Shown here: positions 43,133 through 52,454 of the stretch, one piece after another
Numbering within the stretch: the stretch's first letter is position 1
How the letters are laid out: the number at the start of each line of letters is the position of its first letter
Source: Candidatus Lindowbacteria bacterium RIFCSPLOWO2_12_FULL_62_27
GTDB taxonomy: Bacteria; Lindowbacteria; 2-12-FULL-62-27
Reading direction: 5' to 3'
NCBI GenBank assembly: GCA_001784175.1
Contig: MFPR01000043.1
Span: 62,001-126,000 of the forward strand
Length of the DNA stretch: 64,000 nt
Translations under genes and position numbers: made by a program
Notes under the pieces: generated by a model
What the model was told of the DNA's origin: nothing
Seen by the model: the letters and a program-made list of their open reading frames with translations, nothing else
The model's database searches: none

Positions 43133-43505
43133 GTCGCCCGCATCCCTCGCCGGCCCGGCGTTCGGCTGAGGGGGCGGGCGCAGATTTTCCTCAGTCTGCG
43201 GCTCCGAGTGGAGAGGTCCCCAATGCGGGATCTGAATCGAAGACAGCGGCCCTCGGGGCGGCTGTCTCCAGTAGGTGACGTCCCATGCAAACAGCTCCTG
43301 TGACGCTCGCCGATATCAGTGCCCGGTACTACAGCATGGCGCAACAGATTGAACCATCCGCCATGCCGGCGCCGGGCTCGATAGCGGTTAAAGGCACGAG
43401 CGCACCGGACGTTGGGCGCGGCACCCTCGTAGACACGTACGTGTAAGACCAGTGTCACACGCACTTTAGTCTTATAGGGCCCGCCCGATGTCAGGGCGCC
43501 CAAAG
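43133..43505 (+). ncRNA. Highly structured non-coding element resembling group II intron domain I
   Basis: Nested long-range pairings (43135-43144 with 43487-43498; 43172-43179 with 43479-43486) and several internal hairpins; the family resemblance is from recall only. Confidence 0.55.
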
Positions 43506-43515
43506 TTAGGAACCG

Positions 43516-43584
43516 GTTACAAGCTCTCAAGCCGCGGGACCGGACGCAATCCGGCCCGTGGCTTGAAGCTTGTAACTTTTTTTT
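43516..43584 (+). terminator. Long bulged hairpin followed by T8
   Basis: GTTACAAGCT...TCAAGCCGCGGG..CCGGA loop TCCGG CCCGTGGCTTGA AGCTTGTAAC TTTTTTTT. Confidence 0.7.
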
Positions 43585-43678
43585 ATCCAGGGATGGATTA
43601 TCCCTGTTGCCCCAGGGTCAGGATTTGCCATGGACGGCAAATCCGCCATCTCAAGCAACAGGGATCACCGGCCCCGTG

Positions 43679-44857
43679 TCATATATCTGCAAGGAAACTC
43701 TTCGCGCCGGTCCAGCCTTCAATCGAAAAATTTTCCGCGACGGTCTGTCCGATGTCCCAGAATCCCTGCCGCACGCCGAGATCGACCAGGCGGGTGAGGC
43801 GGGGGTGCCAGGCCAGGAGCGGCACCAGTTCCCGGGAATGGTCGGTCGAGGGCGTGGTGGGATCGTTGCCGTGGTCCGCGGTCAGCACCGCCAGGTCGTC
43901 CTCCCGAAGGCGCTTCTGAAAGCCGGCCAACTGCGCGTCGAACTCCTCCAGCGCCGCCACGAATCCCCGCACGTCGTTGCGGTGGCCGTACAGCATGTCG
44001 AAATCGACGAGATTCAAAAACGCCATGCCTCGAAACGCGCGGCCCGCCAGGTCCGATAGATGGGCCATCCCCTCCGCGTTGCTTTCCATGGGGAAATGAC
44101 CGGTCAAGCCGCACCCGGCGAAGATGTCCTGGATTTTGCCGATCCCCAGAACCTCCAGGCCCGCGGATTTCATGCGGTCCAACAGCGTCTGGCGCGGCGG
44201 CTCGACGGAAAAATCATGCCGGTGCGGCGTGCGCTTGAAATTCCCTGTGTTCCCGACAAACGGCCGCGCGATCACGCGGCCGACCCGGTGTTTTCCGGTG
44301 AGCATCTGCCGGGCGGTCCGGCAGATCTCGTACAGCGTATCGAGAGGAATGATGTCCTCGTGCGCGGCGATCTGAAACACGCTGTCGGCCGACGTGTAAA
44401 CGATCGGCCGGCCGGTCCGCACATGTTCTTCTCCGAGTTCGGCGATGATCTCCGTGCCTGACGCCGCCTTGTTGCCCAGGATCCTTCGGCCGATCGCCTC
44501 CTCAAACGGCCGGATCACTTCGGCCGGAAACCCGTTGGGATAGGTCGGAAAGGATTCTTCGACCACGACACCCGCCATCTCCCAGTGACCGCTGGTCGTG
44601 TCCTTGTTGACCGATTTCTCCACCATCACACCGTGCGCGCCCGCGCGGGCCCTCGCCGCATCGACGCCCTCGATCCGGCCCAGACGGCCCAACCCCATGC
44701 GCTCCAGCGTCGGCAGGCGCAGTCCGCCCACGGCCCGGGCCATGTTGCCGAGCGTGTCGGAGCCTGTGTCGCCAAAGGCGGCCGCGTCGGGCGCCTCTCC
44801 ACATCCGACGCCGTCGAGAACGATCAGAAAAATCCGGTTAAAGCGCTGCGCGTTCAT
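43679..44857 (-). CDS. deoB: Phosphopentomutase
   Basis: IVLDGVG, KDTTSGHWE, YTSADSVFQIAAH, DMLYGHRND, TADHGNDP, DHSRE. Confidence 0.97.
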   Translation of the reverse strand: MNAQRFNRIFLIVLDGVGCGEAPDAAAFGDTGSDTLGNMARAVGGLRLPTLERMGLGRLGRIEGVDAARARAGAHGVMVEKSVNKDTTSGHWEMAGVVVEESFPTYPNGFPAEVIRPFEEAIGRRILGNKAASGTEIIAELGEEHVRTGRPIVYTSADSVFQIAAHEDIIPLDTLYEICRTARQMLTGKHRVGRVIARPFVGNTGNFKRTPHRHDFSVEPPRQTLLDRMKSAGLEVLGIGKIQDIFAGCGLTGHFPMESNAEGMAHLSDLAGRAFRGMAFLNLVDFDMLYGHRNDVRGFVAALEEFDAQLAGFQKRLREDDLAVLTADHGNDPTTPSTDHSRELVPLLAWHPRLTRLVDLGVRQGFWDIGQTVAENFSIEGWTGAKSFLADI

Positions 44858-44905
44858 TGAGCCGGCAGAATATCAGAAACCGTGTGGGGTGAGAAGGTGG
44901 GGAGG

Positions 44906-45913
44906 TTACAGCGAGGAGAGTTCCTGCTTGAGCTGCGATCCGACCTTTTCGATCAGAGAAAAAATGTCCGCGCGGTCGCCTTCCACCTTGAACTCGCGCA
45001 GCGCCGACATGCTCGGCGAGAGAAACCAGGTGGTGACGATCAGCCGCTCGCCGGCCTCCTGAAATTCGCCGGTGATGATCAGATCCGCCGCCAGGCCGGA
45101 ATCCTTGAACCAGGCCGGATCGAACGTGACGTCCGTCCGGTCCCGGTCGAGCATCTGTACGGACTTGACCTCAATGATGTCGAACTTCAAAATGTTGGCG
45201 ATGCCGCGTTCCAACCATGCGAACTGCGCCCCGGCGGTCTTGTCCTTGTAATTGAACAGTGCCACCTTCCGCCCGCCGGCGGACCAGGATTTTGCCGGCT
45301 GGGCCTCGGGCGCGGCCGGCTTCCAATCCGGCTTTGCGGGCTCCGCGGCCATCGGTTTGTCGCTTCTGGGCGCGGCGGCCGGTGTCGCGCGCGCCGGAGC
45401 GGGCGCAGAGGTCGAACCGCCCAGTGGTTTGAGTCTGGGCGCCGACGACGATATCGAAGGCGCCGGCGGCGGGGTGATCGCGGGCTTGGGCGTTGCGGGC
45501 GCCGCCGGCGTCTGCCACGGCAACGGCGCCGGCGCCGCAGAAGGCGGCGTTGCGGCCGGCGCCGCCGGCCACGAAGCCGACGGCGTGGTCGCCGCCGGCC
45601 ACGAGGCGGCCGGCGCGGTGGGCGCCCACCCGCTCGGCGAGGCCGGCGCCGGCGCGGCGCGCTCCATCGACATTCCCGCAGTTTTGACGTCCGGCATCAC
45701 TTTTTGAAACTGGATTTTCCCGCCCCACTCGCCCTGGTTGAGCAGCACGACAAACCCGTCGGGCGCGGACGGCGACGACATCAGGACGTCGGGTTTCCCG
45801 TCCCCGTTGAAATCGGCTACGAACAATTCGGCGGATACAGGGGCCGCCGCCACCCACATGACGAGCGCCGCGGCCAAACGTGTCACCTTCGTGGAACTGC
45901 CCTCCCTCTCCAT
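44906..45913 (-). CDS. Secreted protein: single FG-GAP-like motif, Pro/Ala linker, TolB-N/CsgG-like C-terminal domain
   Basis: ADFNGDGKPD; long PA-rich region; FAWLERGIANIL...ADLIITGEF. Confidence 0.65.
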   Translation of the reverse strand: MEREGSSTKVTRLAAALVMWVAAAPVSAELFVADFNGDGKPDVLMSSPSAPDGFVVLLNQGEWGGKIQFQKVMPDVKTAGMSMERAAPAPASPSGWAPTAPAASWPAATTPSASWPAAPAATPPSAAPAPLPWQTPAAPATPKPAITPPPAPSISSSAPRLKPLGGSTSAPAPARATPAAAPRSDKPMAAEPAKPDWKPAAPEAQPAKSWSAGGRKVALFNYKDKTAGAQFAWLERGIANILKFDIIEVKSVQMLDRDRTDVTFDPAWFKDSGLAADLIITGEFQEAGERLIVTTWFLSPSMSALREFKVEGDRADIFSLIEKVGSQLKQELSSL

Positions 45914-45959
45914 GCGGGAAGATATTAACGTGACCGGCAGTGGAAAGTCAAGGAAATAC

Positions 45960-48794
45960 TCACCGATTGTCCAGTTCCTCCAGCGAGGCCTGCGCGAGCT
46001 GGCGATAGGGGTCGCCGGGCGGGGCATCCCGCAGAATCGCTGAAAAATAATCTCTGGCCCCCCTCGCGTCCTTCGCTGCCTTCGCCAGAAGGCCCAGCCG
46101 GTAGGCGGCCGGCGCAAATTCCCCGTGGTCCCGGAGGGCCGACCGGTACGCCTCGACGGCCTCCTTGGCGCGGCCCTGATTTTCCAAGAGCCGGCCCAGG
46201 AAAAATTTGCCGCGCGGCGTTTTCGCCGAAACCTGCCGCACGATCTGCTCGCCCTGTTCGGGCGACTTGCTCACGGCGAGGGCCATGCCCCATGCGAGAA
46301 TCAGCTCCGAAGGATCCGAGCCGGGACCCGCCTTGTCCAGATGGGCCAGCGCCCGCAGCGGCTCGCCGAGGATCAGCGCGAGCTGGCCAAGCTTGAGATT
46401 CGCCGGGACGCTCCAGTCCGGAAACTTGGCGGCGGTCCGCAGGGACTCGCGCGCGAGATCGTAGAGACCGAGTTTGAGGTACGCCGCCCCTTTGAGATAG
46501 TGCGCCTCCGGTGCGTCGGCGCGCCGCAGAAGGTCGTCGCAGAGGTCGATCAGCGCCTCGTGGTCATCCGCCGCGAACCGGCGCCGCGCCGCGCTCAGGA
46601 TCGATTCGTTCCATTCCTCCTGAATTTTTTTTCTCCGGCCCTCCGGCCGCTCAGGTTCGCCCAGCACCGTCCTGAGCAGCCGCGGATTCAGTTTCGCGAG
46701 CCGTTCCGTCCGGCCTCGTTCCGCTTCCAGAACGGCCTCGAACAGGCCGCCGCGTGGAACCAGTTGGAAGGCCTCGTCAATCTGGCCGGCCCGGAACCAG
46801 TACCATGCGGTTTGCATGCGGTCCTGATCCGCTTCGGCGCATTTCTCCATCCAGCCGGCCGCCATTTCCCATTCGGCGCGGCCCGCATGCAGCCGGGCCA
46901 GCGCGCGGCACACTTCCTTGGATTTGGGGTCCAGCTTCGTCAGCGCCTCGATGGACCGGCCGGCGTCGCCGGATTGCTCGAGCAGCCGCGCCAACCCCAG
47001 GGCCGCCTCTTCGTTGTTCGGCCGCGCGGTCAGCGCAAGCCGAAACGCGGATTCGGCCGCGGCCCGGTGGCCCAGCGCAAGCTCCAATTCGCCGAGGAGC
47101 GCATAGGCCTCGGGCGTTTCGTGGACGAGCGATCTCAGGGCGGCGGAAAGTTTGTCGGATTCGGCGAAGTCCCGGGCTTTCAATTTTTCCCGGATCTTCG
47201 CCATCTGCTCCGCAACCGTCGCCGCCACGGCGCGGCCCGTCAGCGCCGGCTGCGCATACTGTCGGGCGGCCTCTTCGAGATTTCCCTCGGACATTGCAAG
47301 CTCGGCCGCGAGCGCGATCAGGTCCGGCGGCATCGGCGCGGTGCGCGGCCGGCCGCTCAGAGACTGGACCCATCGGCGGACCGGTTCGGTCTCTCCCAGC
47401 GCGAGCAGCCGGCGGCCCACCGCAAGGACAGGCCGGCGGTCCCAGAGTGCACGGACCTGCCCCGCATCCATTCGCTGCAGGGCGGCGACCGCGTCGCTCT
47501 CGCGGCCAAGGTCGATCGCCGTCCGCGCCGCGCCCCCCGTCGATTCCCGGGAAGACGGGTCGAGTCGCGATGCCAGCGCATAGCGGTCATGCGCCTCCTG
47601 CGCCCGACCGCGCGATTCCAATCGCCGGGCCCACGCGAGTTGTGCGAGCGGTGACTCCTGCAAAAGCCCTGCGGCTCGACGCAGCGTTTCATCCGGGATC
47701 CCCGCTCCGCGGTCGAGCCGCAACAACGCTCTTTCAACGTGAGTCGCCGCCTGTCGGCGGTCCGGTTCCGCCAGGCCGGCCTCGAGCGCCGCAAGATATT
47801 CCTCCAGAGATTCGGCCGTCTTTGCGCCTCGGTCCAGAATCTCCGCCCGCAGAAGCCGCGCGGCGCCGTCGTCGTAGCCGAGCCGGAAGGCCTCCCGCAG
47901 CGACACCAGCGCCTCGGCGTCCTGCCGGTCCTGCGCCTGAAGGCGCGCGAGGCGGTGGAGCAGCGCGGGATCGGTCCTCGCGCGATCGAAATTTTTTCTC
48001 AGATCCGCAACCAAGCCTTTCGCGCGGTCCCGCACGTTCCATTGTTCGAGCAGGGCCAGATACGTTTCCTGGAACCGGTAGACGTCGTCCGCCGGAAGGC
48101 TCTCCGTGTGGGACTTCAAATGTTCGAATGCCCGGTTCACCAGCCTGCGCCTGGGTTCCGTCATGGTGGCCACGGGCAGCCGGCCGGCGAGATCGATCAT
48201 CTGCCGGGCGGCCGTCGTCTGGTGGGACACGCTGCCGACCTCGATGAGCGTGGAAAGATCCCGGAAGCGCTCTTCCAGAAGCGTCGGGCTTTCCAGCGCC
48301 GCCGGCGTTCCGACGCCGACTATTTTGGCGAGGATGTCGGCGTTCTCTCTGAGGGATGGATGAAGGTTCAGCATCGAGCGGGCGGCGGCCCGGTCGCCTT
48401 TTTCAAGATAAATCTCCACCAGCCACCGCGCGATGTCCGGGTCCGACGGCGCGGCCCGGCGCAGATCCAGGAGCGTTTTGAGTTCGGTCGAAAGCGGCCG
48501 GCGCGCGCGGACCGACCGCAGATAGGATTTCTTGAGTTCGATCTCGGACAGGCCGGCCCGCGGCTGCCGCGCCGCCAGTTGCAGAGCCGTTTGGAATTCC
48601 TTTTCGGCCTGGGGCCACAGCGAATGCCGGGAGTAGGCCGCACCCAGCTCATAATGGAGCGCCGGAGAGTCCGGCGCCAGGATCAAGAGTCGCACCAGGG
48701 TCGACAGCGGCCGTCCGGCGGGCTCCGGGGCGCGAGGCTCGGCGGCGGAAATGACCGGCAGGCATAGAAAAAATGAAACGGCCAGTCCGATCAT
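45960..48794 (-). CDS. Large exported TPR-repeat protein
   Basis: Signal peptide and many TPR-like helices (LHYELGAAY, AYALLGEL, AHYLKGAAY). Confidence 0.8.
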   Translation of the reverse strand: MIGLAVSFFLCLPVISAAEPRAPEPAGRPLSTLVRLLILAPDSPALHYELGAAYSRHSLWPQAEKEFQTALQLAARQPRAGLSEIELKKSYLRSVRARRPLSTELKTLLDLRRAAPSDPDIARWLVEIYLEKGDRAAARSMLNLHPSLRENADILAKIVGVGTPAALESPTLLEERFRDLSTLIEVGSVSHQTTAARQMIDLAGRLPVATMTEPRRRLVNRAFEHLKSHTESLPADDVYRFQETYLALLEQWNVRDRAKGLVADLRKNFDRARTDPALLHRLARLQAQDRQDAEALVSLREAFRLGYDDGAARLLRAEILDRGAKTAESLEEYLAALEAGLAEPDRRQAATHVERALLRLDRGAGIPDETLRRAAGLLQESPLAQLAWARRLESRGRAQEAHDRYALASRLDPSSRESTGGAARTAIDLGRESDAVAALQRMDAGQVRALWDRRPVLAVGRRLLALGETEPVRRWVQSLSGRPRTAPMPPDLIALAAELAMSEGNLEEAARQYAQPALTGRAVAATVAEQMAKIREKLKARDFAESDKLSAALRSLVHETPEAYALLGELELALGHRAAAESAFRLALTARPNNEEAALGLARLLEQSGDAGRSIEALTKLDPKSKEVCRALARLHAGRAEWEMAAGWMEKCAEADQDRMQTAWYWFRAGQIDEAFQLVPRGGLFEAVLEAERGRTERLAKLNPRLLRTVLGEPERPEGRRKKIQEEWNESILSAARRRFAADDHEALIDLCDDLLRRADAPEAHYLKGAAYLKLGLYDLARESLRTAAKFPDWSVPANLKLGQLALILGEPLRALAHLDKAGPGSDPSELILAWGMALAVSKSPEQGEQIVRQVSAKTPRGKFFLGRLLENQGRAKEAVEAYRSALRDHGEFAPAAYRLGLLAKAAKDARGARDYFSAILRDAPPGDPYRQLAQASLEELDNR

Positions 48795-49159
48795 TTCACG
48801 ACCCACAGTCTGTTTTCGAGGGATTCCGGCGAAACTTGCGCGAGAACTTTTTCGCCGGACCGGTACCTGTCCGGCGCCGGCCGGGTCTCAACAATTTGAA
48901 CGAACCGCCGGCCCTCCTCGTCCCATCGGAGCGCAAACCTGGCGCTTCGAGTGGGCCGGTAGGATCCGTCGAACCGCGCCGTCGCCTCAACGCGATTGAC
49001 CTTCGGCGCGAGCCTGACGATCCGGCCGACGGTCTCGCGGTCCCGCAGCACCGGATCGCCGTCGCGCAGGCCGTCGGCGGTGGAGAGGATCAGGTCGATC
49101 TCGAAAGCGCCGTCCGGCGAGTCGCCCGGCCGGCCGCCCGTGCATCCCGAAACCAGCAA
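48791..49159 (-). CDS. MlaD/MCE-like domain protein (start uncertain)
   Basis: ADGLRDGDPV...VGRIV pattern; lipobox-like LVSGC; ATGA overlap with the TPR gene. Confidence 0.5.
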   Translation of the reverse strand: MLVSGCTGGRPGDSPDGAFEIDLILSTADGLRDGDPVLRDRETVGRIVRLAPKVNRVEATARFDGSYRPTRSARFALRWDEEGRRFVQIVETRPAPDRYRSGEKVLAQVSPESLENRLWVVK

Positions 49160-49187
49160 CCACAGGATCGCTGTCCCGAGGCGGAGG

Positions 49188-49520
49188 TCAGGCCGGGCGT
49201 TCCAGCAGAAGATAATATTTTCCTTCTTTCTCTGTTACCCGCACCGGCTCGCCCACCGTCAGGCTCTCCCGCGCGCGGTAGTCGCCGATCTCGCCGAGGA
49301 CGCGCAGGCCGCCGTCCAGCTCACAAATGCCGATCACCAGCGGCGGCGTGAACCCGTCCGGCGTCACGAAGAGGGTCGTGAAGGTTCTGAGTTTCCCGCG
49401 GCCTTCGATGTAGATCCGCTCCGTCCGGCCGCGGCAGGAGGAGCAGTGAGCCCGGACCGGGACGAACTGCTTGCGGCACTTTCCGCAAAAGGACGCTTCG
49501 AGGCGGGATGCCGGCTCCAA
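49188..49520 (-). CDS. DUF35 zinc-ribbon/OB-fold protein
   Basis: CGKC...P...CSSC, GKLRTFT, ELDGGLRV; directly after the thiolase. Confidence 0.88.
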   Translation of the reverse strand: MEPASRLEASFCGKCRKQFVPVRAHCSSCRGRTERIYIEGRGKLRTFTTLFVTPDGFTPPLVIGICELDGGLRVLGEIGDYRARESLTVGEPVRVTEKEGKYYLLLERPA

Positions 49521-49523
49521 CGG

Positions 49524-50657
49524 TTAGGCCACCTTTTCGAGAATCGTCACGATGTTGCTGGTGCCCAGCCCCCCGACGCTCTGCGTCAGGCCGTAGCGGA
49601 GTTTGCGGTCGACCTGCCGCAGTCCCGCGGCGCCGCGGAGTTGCCAGACGATTTCGATGATCTGCGCGAGTCCCGACGCGCCGACCGGATGGCCGCGGGC
49701 CTTGAGGCCGCCGGAGGGATTGACGGGAAGCGGGCCGGTGATTTCGGTTTCGCCGTTCAGTATATGCTTCCAGCCGTCGCCGGGCTCGAAAAATCCGACG
49801 TCCTCGCAACCGAGGATTTCAAATGGCGTGAAGGCGTCATGGATTTCCGCGACGTCGATCTTGGCCGGCTTGATCCCGGCCAGCTTGAAGGCCTTCTTCA
49901 CCGCAACACGGGTCGACGTGAAATGAATCTGGCTCTCGCGCTGGGTCAGCGCGACGAAATCGGTGCCGTGGCCGATCCCGGCCACCCGGATCGGCGTCTT
50001 CTCCGTCGTCATCACGATGGCGGCCGCGCCGTCCGACAGCGGGCTGCAGTCGTAGAGGCGGAGCGGGTCGGCGATGACCTTGCTGGTCTCCACCCGCTGC
50101 GCGTCGACTTCGAACTGGAAATGGGCGTAGGGATTCTTGGAGGCGTTCCTGTGATTCTTGACGGCAATGTACGTCAGGGCCTCTCGCGGGCAGGCGTAGG
50201 TGTGCATGTAGTCCCGCGTGATCAGCGCCGCCAGGGCCGGCATTGTCCCGCCCTGCCGCCGTTCCTGGGGGGACAGGACCTCGGAGAGGATGCGGGTGGC
50301 GGCGCCGGTGCTGAGGGTGGTCATTTTCTCGCCGGCGAGCACGAGGATGTTTTTGAAAAATCCGGAGGCGAGCGCAAAAAAGGCGCCGTCAAAAATGGCG
50401 GCGCCGGTCGAGGAGGCCGTCTCGATTCTCATCGTGGGTTTTGGCACGAGGCCCAGGTAGTCCGTGATGAAGGCCGAAATGTTGCTCTCGCCCGTGAAGG
50501 ATTCCGGGCTCATCGCGCCGACCACCACGCCGTCGACGTCGTCCACCCCGGCGTCGGACATCGCCGTGACGGCGGCTTCGTACATCAGGTCCTCCAGCCG
50601 GCGTTCCGACGGCCCGAATTTCGTCATCCCCACACCGCGAATGTAGACGTCCGTCAT
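49524..50657 (-). CDS. SCP2/archaeal-type thiolase-family protein
   Basis: GVGMTKFG, DCSPLSDGAAA, EIHDAFT, NPSGGLKARGHPVGASG. Confidence 0.9.
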   Translation of the reverse strand: MTDVYIRGVGMTKFGPSERRLEDLMYEAAVTAMSDAGVDDVDGVVVGAMSPESFTGESNISAFITDYLGLVPKPTMRIETASSTGAAIFDGAFFALASGFFKNILVLAGEKMTTLSTGAATRILSEVLSPQERRQGGTMPALAALITRDYMHTYACPREALTYIAVKNHRNASKNPYAHFQFEVDAQRVETSKVIADPLRLYDCSPLSDGAAAIVMTTEKTPIRVAGIGHGTDFVALTQRESQIHFTSTRVAVKKAFKLAGIKPAKIDVAEIHDAFTPFEILGCEDVGFFEPGDGWKHILNGETEITGPLPVNPSGGLKARGHPVGASGLAQIIEIVWQLRGAAGLRQVDRKLRYGLTQSVGGLGTSNIVTILEKVA

Positions 50658-50667
50658 TGAGGGTGGG

Positions 50668-50696
50668 ATTATAAGCTACGGGGAGAGGGGCGTCAA
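50668..50696 (-). promoter_or_regulatory. Sigma70 promoter of the thiolase gene (very short leader)
   Basis: TTGACG, 17 nt, TATAAT, 10 nt before ATG. Confidence 0.7.
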
Positions 50697-50697
50697 A

Positions 50698-50916
50698 TTA
50701 AAGCGTCAGAATGTCGGAACAGCCGCACAGCGGGCAGGCGGTCGGCTCAAGATCGGTGTTGGCGTCGTAATAGACCGTGCCGTCGGACTCGTCAGTCTCC
50801 TCATTAAAGCCCTTGACATGCCACTTGTAGCCGCATTCCTCGCACCGGTACTGCGTGGCGGAAGAATTGGTTGAGGCGTAAGCGACGTCGTCATCGAAAT
50901 CGTCGAGGTTGCCCAT
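50698..50916 (-). CDS. Small acidic zinc-ribbon protein
   Basis: YRCEECG...CPLCG; AGGAGG RBS; promoter TTGACA-16-TAAGCT upstream. Confidence 0.7.
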   Translation of the reverse strand: MGNLDDFDDDVAYASTNSSATQYRCEECGYKWHVKGFNEETDESDGTVYYDANTDLEPTACPLCGCSDILTL

Positions 50917-50981
50917 ACCGCCCTCCTGAGGTTTGAGATTTCAAATAAAGCTTACCGCACAAACATCGGTTGTCAAGAGAA

Positions 50982-51221
50982 TCAGTCCGTGTCGCACCGC
51001 GGACAATGGTCGGGATCGCCGGAACATTCACCGCCGTCAACATCCGAGCCGAAATCCTCGCCGACGCCGGACTCGCCGGAAATCACCGCGAATCGCGACA
51101 ACTGCTTTTGAATCTCGAGGCTCCCGCATTTCGGACAGCGGACGCCCTTCCATGCCATCGTCGGGGTGTAGGTCTGGAACGGCTTCTTGCAACTCAAACA
51201 GGAAAACTCATAAATGGGCAT
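50982..51221 (-). CDS. FmdB-family zinc-ribbon regulatory protein
   Basis: MPIYEFSCLSC...CPKCGS...LSRF; AGGAGG RBS. Confidence 0.88.
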   Translation of the reverse strand: MPIYEFSCLSCKKPFQTYTPTMAWKGVRCPKCGSLEIQKQLSRFAVISGESGVGEDFGSDVDGGECSGDPDHCPRCDTD

Positions 51222-51260
51222 GTCTCCGTCCACCTCCTGATTGAGGAACTGTTCAGGTAT

Positions 51261-51372
51261 CCCCCTCTCCCGCCCTTGGCGGGAGAGGGTCGGGGTGAGG
51301 GTGGCAATATTGCCTGCCGACGCCTGACCCCCCCTCACCTCAATCCTCTCCCCCCTGCGGGGGGAGAGGAGG
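51261..51372. repeat. REP-like paired palindromic element
   Basis: CCCTCTCCCGCC-N-GGCGGGAGAGGG..GGGGTGAGGG and an inverted diverged copy CCCCTCACC..CCTCTCCCCC-N-GGGGGAGAGG. Confidence 0.75.
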
Positions 51373-51426
51373 TGAATAGTTACCTGATTGATTAGATTAC
51401 CGAACGGCGGCGGTTTGTCAAGCGAA

Positions 51427-52419
51427 TCAGGATCGGCGGATCCACTCGCAGGCGTCGGGGGCCCAGTAGGTCAGAATGAGATCGGCGCCGGCCCGGCGGA
51501 TCGCGGTCAGAATCTCCATCGCGACTCGCCGCTCGTCCAGCCAGCCTTTCTGCGCGGCCGCTTTGACCATGCTGTATTCGCCGCTCACGTTGTAGGCCGC
51601 AATCGGCACATCAAACCGCGCGCGTGCGGCGTGGATCACGTCCAGATAGGCCAGGGCCGGCTTGACCATCACGATGTCCGCGCCTTCCTCCATGTCCAGC
51701 GCGATTTCGGCCAGCGCCTCACGGACGTTCGGCGGGTTCATCTGATACCCGGCGCGGTCGCCGAATTTGGGCGCGGACCCGGCGGCGTCCCGGAAAGGGC
51801 CGTAAAAGCCGCTCGCGTATTTGGCGGCGTAGGAAAGGATCGGAACGCGCGCGTATCCACGCCGGTCCAGCTCCGCGCGGATCGCGCCGACACGGCCGTC
51901 CATCATGTCGGAGGGGGCCACGACATCAGCCCCGGCGTCCGCGTGTGCGAGCGACATTTTCGCGAGGAGCGGCAGGGTCCGGTCGTTGTCCACGCGAACC
52001 GTCGCGCCGCGCTTTTCGAGGACGCCACAATGGCCGTGGTCTGTGTATTCGCACAGGCACACGTCCGTGATCACGACGATGTCCGGCAGCGCCTTCTTGA
52101 TCGACCGCACCGCCCGCGGGATCACGCCATTGGGATCGTAGCCGGACTTCCCAAGGGCATCTTTGGAAGAAGGAATCCCAAAGAGGAGCACGGCGCTCAC
52201 GCCCAGCTTGTGCGCCCGCTCGCATTCCTTGACGATCGTGTCGGAGGAATACCGGTACTGGCCCGGCATCGAATCGATGGGTTCCCGCACGCCTCGGCCG
52301 TCGCGGACGAAGAGGGGATAGATGAAATCGGCCGCGTGAAGCCGCGTTTCCTGAAGCAGTCTCCGAATCCCGGGCGTCGCCCGGCGCCGCCTCATCCGTA
52401 TCAATGGATATCCACTCAT
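51427..52419 (-). CDS. hemB: Porphobilinogen synthase (Zn-dependent)
   Basis: DVCLCEYTDHGHCG, APSDMMDGR, YGPFRDA, MVKPALAYLD. Confidence 0.98.
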   Translation of the reverse strand: MSGYPLIRMRRRRATPGIRRLLQETRLHAADFIYPLFVRDGRGVREPIDSMPGQYRYSSDTIVKECERAHKLGVSAVLLFGIPSSKDALGKSGYDPNGVIPRAVRSIKKALPDIVVITDVCLCEYTDHGHCGVLEKRGATVRVDNDRTLPLLAKMSLAHADAGADVVAPSDMMDGRVGAIRAELDRRGYARVPILSYAAKYASGFYGPFRDAAGSAPKFGDRAGYQMNPPNVREALAEIALDMEEGADIVMVKPALAYLDVIHAARARFDVPIAAYNVSGEYSMVKAAAQKGWLDERRVAMEILTAIRRAGADLILTYWAPDACEWIRRS

Positions 52420-52454
52420 CTCACGCCACGATCCTTTTTGCCGTTATCCCGCAT

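Noticed and set aside
43133-43505. tmRNA, RNase P RNA, SRP RNA or cobalamin/lysine riboswitch
   Set aside because: No tRNA-like T-arm/CCA end, no GAGGAAAGTCC, no SRP helix-8 motif and no convincing riboswitch consensus
43516-43576. Integron attC site or retron msd hairpin
   Set aside because: The ends read GTT...AAC, the reverse of the RYYYAAC...GTTRRRY order; no integrase, cassette array or RT nearby
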